Source: a virus
Lineage: Duplodnaviria > Caudoviricetes
DNA: 59,986 nucleotides
Direction: 5' to 3' (one strand)
IMG/VR virus record: IMGVR_UViG_3300020474_000013
Span: 1-59,986 of that record
Below, one piece after another: positions 41,263-48,297 of this stretch (position 1 is its first letter; each line of letters starts with the position of its first letter). A model generated the notes under the pieces. It saw only the letters and a program-made list of their open reading frames with translations, was not told where the DNA came from and did not search any database. Made by a program: the position numbers and the translations under genes.

Positions 41263-41742
41263 CTATTGTTTGTTAAGTAATGCTTCTATTCGCTCTTCAA
41301 TATCCGCTTCAACTTCATCGCTTGTTCTTGCTTCTTTGGTTTCAACAACATCACTAAACAGCGATACACTTTTACCTAGCAATTCCAATGCTCGAATCCT
41401 AGCTGAATCTGAATCTGATTCTTTGGACTCACGATACAGTTGGTCTATGACATAGTTTCTTGTTCTGAGACTACTAGCAACTGCTGACTGCTCTTTACGT
41501 TCAATAGCCCTTTGTATGCTTATTGCTATCTTAGGGTTTGCAACTAAACGACTTGCTTCTACTTCTACCCACTTGGGAATCTTCCCTTGCTTAGTTAGAG
41601 CGACATCATAAACCTTTGCATATGCTTCTTTATAACTACCCAACTTGCCCTTGATAATTTCATCCACGAACTGCCTTTGCTTTATCGTTAATTCAATTTC
41701 TTTTTTGACTACTTTCAGATTTGGTTTTTCATCTTCGCTCAT
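41263..41742 (-). CDS. terS: Terminase small subunit
   Basis: LTIKQRQFVDE HTH, ASRLVANPKI, RIRALELLGK. Confidence 0.85.
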   Translation of the reverse strand: MSEDEKPNLKVVKKEIELTIKQRQFVDEIIKGKLGSYKEAYAKVYDVALTKQGKIPKWVEVEASRLVANPKIAISIQRAIERKEQSAVASSLRTRNYVIDQLYRESKESDSDSARIRALELLGKSVSLFSDVVETKEARTSDEVEADIEERIEALLNKQ

Positions 41743-41830
41743 ACTGAAATCTTATCTCAGATATGAAGAAAATATAATGCTCACAAAACGATAGCAAAAA
41801 TGGTGGACTGGTAAATAATTAATATAATGT

Positions 41831-41858
41831 TTGAAATGATGTTCAATCTATGCATAAT
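41831..41858 (+). promoter_or_regulatory. Candidate sigma70 promoter for the early operon
   Basis: TTGAAA-16 nt-CATAAT. Confidence 0.4.
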
Positions 41859-41906
41859 GTTCTTAACAAAGACAAAAAAGGAGAAACATTTATTAGACAA
41901 ATTTAA

Positions 41907-42086
41907 GCAACTACCAAGAAGCAGTATCACATTATTAATATACGAACTTGGTTGAGGGTCTCAAGAATTGCCCTCGTAGATAGAGAGAAGCTACATAACA
42001 AATATGCGTACCATTAGAAGTACTGAAAGACCTCGATATAGGTTGAAACAAAAGTACAGATGCGGAGACGATAATTTCCAGTTGCG
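41907..42086 (+). ncRNA. Candidate multi-stem structured RNA in the early leader
   Basis: Closing helix GCAACT/AGTTGC encloses ACCAAG/CTTGGT, GAGGGT/GCCCTC, GTAG/CTAC and ACCT/AGGT stems; no ORF. Confidence 0.45.
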
Positions 42087-42096
42087 ACTACTCCAA

Positions 42097-42151
42097 TAGT
42101 CTCTGAATTAACAGACTGATGAGCATCCTAATTATGGGGTGCAAGAAACTA
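42097..42151 (+). ncRNA. Type III hammerhead ribozyme 1 (variant with an AA insertion before GAAA)
   Basis: TAGT-C | TCTG-AATTAA-CAGA | CTGATGA | GCATCCTA-ATTA-TGGGGTGC | AA GAA-ACTA; predicted cut after GUC at 42101. Confidence 0.7.
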
Positions 42152-42174
42152 ATATATTCTTGGAGGAATTAATT

Positions 42175-43239
42175 ATGTTTAAACCAAGTGAAGCAAAAAC
42201 TTCATGCCTACATATTTTGAAAGGGAGTAATATTCCTTTTTTAATTGGTGGTACTGGAGTTGGAAAATCCGCAATAGTTAAAGAGATTGCGGAAGAACTA
42301 GCAAACGATAGAACTCTTACTGATTCAGTAAGTCCTAAAGATGATGAATTTGGATTCATATCTTTTAGACTTGGGTTAGTAGAATCTATTGATTTGGGAG
42401 GGTTGCCTTATATTGAAGAGGGAACTCAAAAGAAAGCATTTTTAGGCAACTTGCCTAGAAGTGGAAAGGGTCTATTTTTTCTTGATGAATTTGCACAAGC
42501 ACATTCAAGCGTTCAAGCAACGATAGGACAATTACTCGACCCAAAAGGAAAAAACGAAGAGCGAAGAATTGGCGATTATGTTTTTCCTAGTGGGTGGAAA
42601 ATTGTCTTAGCGGGAAATAGACATACTGATAGAAGCGGAGCAAATAAAATACTTAGGCATTGTCAAGATAGGACTACTGCTATTCAGTTTACTCACGATG
42701 TTGAGGACTGGTTAGCGTGGGCTGATAACAACGACATTGACTTGAATGTTCAAGGTCTAATTAGATTTATGCCACAGCTACTATGGGACTTTGACCCTAA
42801 ATGCAACGACCCACAGCCAAGCCCAAGAAGTTGGGTAAGGTTAAGCGATACTTTGAAAACTGACCCGCCAAAACGATTGATGCAAAAATTGTTTGAGGGC
42901 GATGTTGGACAAGAATCCGCTATTGAATTGATGAACTTTATCTCACTTCAAAATGATGTTCCAAACATATCTGATATATGTAAAGGAAAAGATGTTGAAG
43001 TTGTAGATGATGCGGGTCTTTGCTATGCGACAACGATTGCATTAACAACTGCAATTAACGGAGCGAATGATAACGATGTTTATGATTTCTTTGAAAATGC
43101 TTTGAACTATTTGAAGCAACTTTCAACTGTAGAATTTTCTATATTCTTTGTTAGAAAAATTACTGGACTTAGAAACGAACTCAAAGAGTGCGATGTATAT
43201 TCTAAGTTTAAAATTGATAACCAAGATTTAGAAATCTAA
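42175..43239 (+). CDS. MoxR-like AAA+ ATPase
   Basis: Walker A GGTGVGKS, Walker B FFLDEF, LAGNR, PSPRSW; start moved to the ATG after GGAGG. Confidence 0.88.
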   Translation: MFKPSEAKTSCLHILKGSNIPFLIGGTGVGKSAIVKEIAEELANDRTLTDSVSPKDDEFGFISFRLGLVESIDLGGLPYIEEGTQKKAFLGNLPRSGKGLFFLDEFAQAHSSVQATIGQLLDPKGKNEERRIGDYVFPSGWKIVLAGNRHTDRSGANKILRHCQDRTTAIQFTHDVEDWLAWADNNDIDLNVQGLIRFMPQLLWDFDPKCNDPQPSPRSWVRLSDTLKTDPPKRLMQKLFEGDVGQESAIELMNFISLQNDVPNISDICKGKDVEVVDDAGLCYATTIALTTAINGANDNDVYDFFENALNYLKQLSTVEFSIFFVRKITGLRNELKECDVYSKFKIDNQDLEI

Positions 43240-43297
43240 ACTCACGAAGCGACAAGGGAATATTTATTATTGACTGGTAAATATTCCTTTTCCGCTC

Positions 43298-43354
43298 ATT
43301 CTGATATTGGGATGTGTATCCCAACTGATGATTCAAAAATGATGAAATCAGAAT
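43298..43354 (+). ncRNA. Type III hammerhead ribozyme 2
   Basis: ATTCTGAT-A | TTGGGAT-GTGT-ATCCCAA | CTGATGA | T-TCA-AAAA-TGA-T | GAA-ATCAGAAT; predicted cut after AUA at 43306. Confidence 0.9.
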
Positions 43355-43384
43355 TTTATAAATAAATTCTTGGAGGAATTAATT

Positions 43385-44362
43385 ATGAAAAAAGATAATG
43401 CAAATACTTTATCTGAAAATGCAACTTTGGTGCGACTTACAACGAAGCATCCAAGCGGTATTAAATCAGATAAGGATTTAAAAGAGGGTCTAGCAATAGA
43501 CCAAAAAGCAAACAACGATTCACTTCACGTTGCGAAGTATATCTTTGGTAGGGAAGCAAATAGATATTTCAGAAGAATTATCAATCAGTTTAGGAATAAT
43601 TATTTTTATCCCTTAACTGTCCCTTGGGATGATAATACTAGCGACTTTGAGGGTAAAGTTTTAAGTGGGTGGCGATTATGTCCAAACCAAGAACTTGATA
43701 GGCTCATGGATAAAGTGAACGATGCTAAGGTTGACTTCCAAAAGGAAGTAAATTCATTTCTTGATAATTACGATAATTTAATTGAATGGAATAAACACAG
43801 ACTTGGCGATGCTTTTAAGTTGTCTGATTATCCTAAAAAAGAAGTGATAGAAACTAAGTTTAGATTTGATTTTGAACTTGGTACTGTCCCACAATTTAAC
43901 AGTAAGGATATTCGTTTAAATGTATCTGAGAAACTTCGCAAGAAGATTGAAAGCGATGCATTAAAAAGAGCAACTAAAAATATTGAAGCAATAACACGAA
44001 CTACTGTTGAAACTCTTTTGGAATCTGTAGAACATTTAGCTGACAAGCTAGAGTCTTATGACCCAAAAACAAAAGGTGGTGGATTCTTTAAGAATTCTAC
44101 TTTTGATAAGTTAAGACAAACTTTAGATACGCTTCCAAGTATCAATTCTGACATTCTAGGGAATGACAAAAAGATAGCGGAAGCACATCAAAATTTAGTT
44201 AGTGTCTTTGCAAAAATAAATGATGTTAATTCACTTCGTGATGATGATGATTATACGGACAAGAAGCGAAAGCAACTTGCGGATGATTTGAAAGATAGCG
44301 TTAGTGATTTGGCGGATGATATGAAAGGCGGATTTTTAGATTCAATGTATTCTAAAAAGTAA
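43385..44362 (+). CDS. Helical protein (DUF3150-like) associated with the AAA/vWA pair
   Basis: 325 aa between the MoxR ATPase and the vWA gene; T.PW...GWRL.P...LGDAF..SDYP motif. Confidence 0.5.
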   Translation: MKKDNANTLSENATLVRLTTKHPSGIKSDKDLKEGLAIDQKANNDSLHVAKYIFGREANRYFRRIINQFRNNYFYPLTVPWDDNTSDFEGKVLSGWRLCPNQELDRLMDKVNDAKVDFQKEVNSFLDNYDNLIEWNKHRLGDAFKLSDYPKKEVIETKFRFDFELGTVPQFNSKDIRLNVSEKLRKKIESDALKRATKNIEAITRTTVETLLESVEHLADKLESYDPKTKGGGFFKNSTFDKLRQTLDTLPSINSDILGNDKKIAEAHQNLVSVFAKINDVNSLRDDDDYTDKKRKQLADDLKDSVSDLADDMKGGFLDSMYSKK

Positions 44363-44420
44363 GCAAATGACTGGGCGGGGAAAAACTATTTACCAGTAAA
44401 TATTTTTCTTCGCTCCTTTT

Positions 44421-44475
44421 TTTCTGTATTGCAATGTGTATTGCAACTGATGATTAGGAAACTATGAAACAGAAA
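44421..44475 (+). ncRNA. Type III hammerhead ribozyme 3
   Basis: TTTCTGT-A | TTGCAAT-GTGT-ATTGCAA | CTGATGA | T-TAG-GAAA-CTA-T | GAA-ACAGAAA; predicted cut after GUA at 44428. Confidence 0.92.
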
Positions 44476-44506
44476 CTCATAAATAAAATTCTTGGAGGAA
44501 TTAATT

Positions 44507-45865
44507 ATGTTAAATAGTGAAGAGCGAATAATTAAAGCTAGAGCGAAACTTATGAAAGGTAATATTGGTATGGCTACCATGCTACTAAAACTTACTTTGA
44601 TTGAGGATAATGAGCGATGCCAAACTATGGCTACAGACGGAATTAATATTTATTGGAATGATGAATTTGTTAAATCAATATCAGATGAAGAAATCCAAAC
44701 AGTATTAATTCACGAAGCAAGTCATGTCATATGGGAACATCCAATTAGAAAAGGTAAACGAATTCACGAACTTTGGAACATAGCTACTGACTATGTAATT
44801 AACTCTTGGATAGCATACGATTTAGGTATGCAACTTCCCGAGGGTGGACTACTTGATAGGCAGTATCATAGACAAAGTGCAGAACAAGTTTATAGAACTT
44901 TATCTAATGATGATGAAGCCCTAGATGATGCCCTTGAACAATTAGAATCTAATTCAGATGATGATGATGATTCTGATTCTCAAAATGGCGGTGGCGATTC
45001 TGATTCAGATTCTGATGCAGATGCAGATGATTCTGATTCTCAAAGTGGCGATTCAGATGCTACTGGAAATGGACAAGGTAAATCTCTTGAAGAGAAACTT
45101 GCTGATGTCAAATTACCAAGTGGCGAAGTTTGGATGCCAACTAATGAAAATGGACAAGAACTATCGCCTACTGAAATGGCTGAACTACAAGAGGAACTTC
45201 AAAGAACAATATCAATGGCTGATAAGCTAGATACTATTGGAGAAAACCCTACTGGTGGTTTTGGTAAAGCTATGGAACAACTAAACGAAAGTTATGTTGA
45301 CTGGGTAGATGTAATGCGAGATTTATTGCAAAGCGTTTACTCTGATAATCCTACTTGGACAAGATTAAATAAAAGACATTCTTGGAGGGGGGTTAATTTA
45401 CCTAGCAGAGACAAAGAGCCACAAGGCGGAGAACTCGTAGTTGCTATTGATACAAGCGGAAGTGTTTCACAAGAAGAACTAAATGTTTTTGCAACTGAAA
45501 TCAATTCCCTAGCGGAAGAGTGTGGTATCAATAAAATTAGAGTTTGTTATTGTGATACTACTGTCCACAAAAACTCAAAAGGCGAATGGTGGGATGAATA
45601 CGACTTGGATTGTGAAGAGTTGGAACTTGTCTCTCGTGGCGGTGGCGGAACTTATTTTGACCCGCCTTTCAACTTGTACAACGACTACACAGAAGATACA
45701 GATGAAGTAGTAGCATTTATCTACTTTACAGATGGGTATGGCGAGTGTAGTGCAGAAGTTGAGCCCGATGTTCCAGTAATATGGGCATTGAGTGGTGGCG
45801 AAAATAGGTGGAGCAATGAACTTCCTTTTGGGGAAAAAGTTGCTATAGATTTCTCTAGTCTTTAA
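44507..45865 (+). CDS. DUF2201-type metallopeptidase with vWA domain
   Basis: TMATDG, HEASH, WNIATDYVIN, acidic D/S linker, MIDAS DTSGS, GGGGTYF, YFTDGY. Confidence 0.88.
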   Translation: MLNSEERIIKARAKLMKGNIGMATMLLKLTLIEDNERCQTMATDGINIYWNDEFVKSISDEEIQTVLIHEASHVIWEHPIRKGKRIHELWNIATDYVINSWIAYDLGMQLPEGGLLDRQYHRQSAEQVYRTLSNDDEALDDALEQLESNSDDDDDSDSQNGGGDSDSDSDADADDSDSQSGDSDATGNGQGKSLEEKLADVKLPSGEVWMPTNENGQELSPTEMAELQEELQRTISMADKLDTIGENPTGGFGKAMEQLNESYVDWVDVMRDLLQSVYSDNPTWTRLNKRHSWRGVNLPSRDKEPQGGELVVAIDTSGSVSQEELNVFATEINSLAEECGINKIRVCYCDTTVHKNSKGEWWDEYDLDCEELELVSRGGGGTYFDPPFNLYNDYTEDTDEVVAFIYFTDGYGECSAEVEPDVPVIWALSGGENRWSNELPFGEKVAIDFSSL

Positions 45866-45926
45866 TCGCAAATTGGTGTGGAGGAAAAAGTATTTACCAG
45901 TAAATATTTTTTCTTCCCGCATCAAA

Positions 45927-45983
45927 TTTCTAATATCAAGATGTGTATCTTGGCTGATGATTCTGAAAAGATGAAATTAGAAA
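45927..45983 (+). ncRNA. Type III hammerhead ribozyme 4
   Basis: TTTCTAAT-A | TCAAGAT-GTGT-ATCTTGG | CTGATGA | T-TCT-GAAA-AGA-T | GAA-ATTAGAAA; predicted cut after AUA at 45935. Confidence 0.9.
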
Positions 45984-46015
45984 CTTAAAAACTGTCCTTG
46001 GAGGGACATATAATT

Positions 46016-46849
46016 ATGCAAAATAATAATTATAAAAACGAGTGTTCTCCAGTTAGTACCCATGTTTCAGATGAAACTAAAACATGGTTAGATAACATGA
46101 AGAATAAATATAGTATTGATATTTCAACACAACTTTTTTATGTTGTTTCAAAGATGATTAAATCTGAAAAGCAATTAGAGAAAGTTGTAGTTGCCAGTCT
46201 ACTAGATGACCATGAGAGCAAGGGTAATACTTTGCGAGAAATGGCTAGTGAATTGGGTATTAAAGTCAATGTTAATGTAGCTGATAAAATTGCATCAAGA
46301 ATGGTGCCAGTTGTAAATGCTAATGTTGTTGATGTTTTTTCTAAACACAAAAAAACTGGTGTTGAAACAGCTAACATGATTAACGAATGTTTGGACAAAA
46401 ATTCAGATGTTAATACTGTAATGAAATCTAAGTTAGAGGAAGTTGTTTCTCAATCTAATGTGCAAGTTAAAACAGTTGATGAAATTGACTGGCAGAGATT
46501 AGCAAATTGGAAGTACAAAGACTTAGATATTCTTGGTGTATCCTTTGAAAATTATTCTATTCTTAAAGAAGATAATATCAAAAAAGGATTCAAGAATGGA
46601 TTGTATGCAACTTTGCATAGTCAAGCGTTAGGATTGTGGCGTGATGAAGAAAAGGAATTATCCATAAGGGATATTGCGAAACTTCAGCCCTATCAAACTC
46701 CAACTGGAGATTTTAGGATTCTTACAATTCAAACGATTGTTAAGAGACTTATCAAAGCTATTGTGCATTTTGGAACGGGAGAAGAGAAGCAATTACTCTT
46801 TGGAACTTTCCAAGTTTATCCGCATAAGGCTAAGAAAAAGTCTGTCTAA
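46016..46849 (+). CDS. Hypothetical early protein (possible N-terminal RHH and C-terminal HTH)
   Basis: 277 aa; VSTHVSDETKTWLDNM and LSIRDIAK stretches. Confidence 0.55.
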   Translation: MQNNNYKNECSPVSTHVSDETKTWLDNMKNKYSIDISTQLFYVVSKMIKSEKQLEKVVVASLLDDHESKGNTLREMASELGIKVNVNVADKIASRMVPVVNANVVDVFSKHKKTGVETANMINECLDKNSDVNTVMKSKLEEVVSQSNVQVKTVDEIDWQRLANWKYKDLDILGVSFENYSILKEDNIKKGFKNGLYATLHSQALGLWRDEEKELSIRDIAKLQPYQTPTGDFRILTIQTIVKRLIKAIVHFGTGEEKQLLFGTFQVYPHKAKKKSV

Positions 46850-47024
46850 GAAATTAGTGCAACAAAAACAATAGACCAGTAAATATTTTTTGATTCGCTG
46901 GGAAGGTTGTGGTTGCCGTATTTTTTTCTGATGCAATATGAGAGTGGGTTTTTTGGGGTATCTTAGACCCTTAACCTACTCTCAATTTTGCAATAGGCGA
47001 AGTCTCACGAAGTCAATTTTGCCA

Positions 47025-47083
47025 AAACTGTATAGAAAATGCGTATTTTCTACTGATGATTGCCTAAAGGCATGAAACAGTTT
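47025..47083 (+). ncRNA. Type III hammerhead ribozyme 5
   Basis: AAACTGT-A | TAGAAAAT-GCGT-ATTTTCTA | CTGATGA | T-TGCC-TAAA-GGCA-T | GAA-ACAGTTT; predicted cut after GUA at 47032. Confidence 0.92.
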
Positions 47084-47117
47084 ATTAAACTTAACTGCCC
47101 TTGGAGGGGTAATTATT

Positions 47118-47369
47118 ATGAAAAACGAAAAAGAATATACAATATGTTTAACGACAAATTGTTCATATGAATATAAAGTAAAAGCTAAAGATAGGAACGA
47201 AGCTATAATTAAAGCTAAAGAAGATTTAATATCTGATTTACAAAATAAAACCAATGACATTGTAAAATCTCAATGGTATGTATGCGATGTTGATACTAAT
47301 TTAGATGATGATGAGTTTGTTCTTACCCATAGTTTTGGAACATTAAAAGGTATGGGGGGTTTAGAATGA
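47118..47369 (+). CDS. Hypothetical early protein
   Basis: 83 aa; GGAGG RBS; VKAKDRNEAIIKAKE. Confidence 0.65.
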   Translation: MKNEKEYTICLTTNCSYEYKVKAKDRNEAIIKAKEDLISDLQNKTNDIVKSQWYVCDVDTNLDDDEFVLTHSFGTLKGMGGLE

Positions 47370-47632
47370 CTAATCGAGAACTATTAGAATTTACTTTGAA
47401 AGTAAACATAGGAACTTGCAACGAAATCTATACAAAGATTAATAGGGAACTAGAACAAAAATCAGATATTGATATGGCTCTAGTTAAATATTTTAATACT
47501 TTGGTTTCAATCAATCATAAAGTGCAAGATGTTTTATATAAGGAAAGGGAAAACTTAAACATCCCTAACCCAAAACATTTTGGATTTACAACTAATGATG
47601 AGATTGTAGAAGTTGAAGTGCAAGAACTGTAA
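47366..47632 (+). CDS. Hypothetical early protein
   Basis: 88 aa, ATGA overlap, followed by a terminator. Confidence 0.65.
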   Translation: MTNRELLEFTLKVNIGTCNEIYTKINRELEQKSDIDMALVKYFNTLVSINHKVQDVLYKERENLNIPNPKHFGFTTNDEIVEVEVQEL

Positions 47633-47640
47633 ACAAATTA

Positions 47641-47684
47641 AGGCGGTATGCTACTGTAAAAGGTAGTGTACCGCCTTTTTTTTT
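47641..47684 (+). terminator. Intrinsic terminator of the early operon
   Basis: AGGCGGTATGCTAC/GTAGTGTACCGCCT stem followed by a T-run. Confidence 0.9.
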
Positions 47685-47829
47685 GGTCTAAAAAAAGTGG
47701 ATATACGCAGGATAACTGGGATGGTAATAAAAAATATTTACTGGTATATTGTTTTTTCTGGTGTTGTTTGGGGTGGGGTAATGTTAGATGAGATGACAAA
47801 AAATAAAATATATTTACTGGTTTTCAAGC

Positions 47830-47861
47830 TGTGGATAACTTTGTGGAAAACCTGTAGATAA
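47830..47861. promoter_or_regulatory. Three tandem DnaA boxes
   Basis: TGTGGATAA (perfect TTATCCACA), TGTGGAAAA and TGTAGATAA at 12- and 11-bp spacing, same orientation. Confidence 0.75.
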
Positions 47862-47864
47862 CCC

Positions 47865-47893
47865 TTGCAATTTGCTATCAATTACATTATATT
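47865..47893 (+). promoter_or_regulatory. Sigma70 promoter for the small RNA
   Basis: TTGCAA-17 nt-TATATT. Confidence 0.65.
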
Positions 47894-47896
47894 AAT

Positions 47897-48015
47897 GGAA
47901 CTAATATTTGATTGCATAAGATTTTTAGTTTTCCTAAATGCAACTTTCATATATTAACCTCCAAGCTTATTATTAAGTTTAAAAGGGATAGTCGTAAGAT
48001 TGTCCCTTTTTTTTT
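47897..48015 (+). ncRNA. Candidate trans-acting antisense small RNA
   Basis: Own promoter and terminator; 5' stem; central TTTCATATATTAACCTCCAAG is complementary to the CTTGGAGG...ATG leaders of the five ribozyme-preceded genes. Confidence 0.65.
47981..48015 (+). terminator. Intrinsic terminator
   Basis: AAAAGGGATAGTC-GTAA-GATTGTCCCTTTT followed by a T-run. Confidence 0.9.
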
Positions 48016-48242
48016 GGTAGTCGGTTGATAGTCTATGATAGGCGACACACCACCAAGTCTCCAACAGAAAAATCCCAGACTGGTAAATATTTTTTATCCT
48101 GAAATCACAGAGATGATAGAAACCTGTAGTGTTTAATAATACAGCAGTAGGGGTGATGAGGCGTTGTAAAACAATAGACTGGTAAATATTTTATTTTTGT
48201 CAGGAAAAACTACTGGTCTAGGAAACACAGCAGTAGGGTAAA

Positions 48243-48258
48243 TGTTCCACGTGGAACA
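48243..48258. promoter_or_regulatory. parS-like palindrome
   Basis: TGTTCCACGTGGAACA is a perfect 16-bp palindrome matching chromosomal parS (tGTTtCACGTGAAACa). Confidence 0.75.
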
Positions 48259-48297
48259 ATATGTATTTCACTTTGATAGCATTTTGCAGTATAATAA

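Noticed and set aside
42021-42058. CTGAAAGA-CCT...AGG-TTGAAAC as a sixth hammerhead
   Set aside because: The core deviates from CUGANGA, and I could not build stems I and III with an NUH site
42139-46015. Shared N-terminal peptide (L/M)EELIM / MEGHIIM in ORF-track proteins
   Set aside because: This is the translation of the conserved TTGGAGG RBS hairpin; the true starts are the downstream ATGs
47882-47950. 22-aa minus-strand ORF (MKVAFRKTKNLMQSNISSINIM) with a CTTGGAGG RBS, as a sixth regulon gene or type I toxin
   Set aside because: It is not hydrophobic, and the promoter and long U-tail are on the plus strand, favouring the antisense RNA reading; not fully excluded
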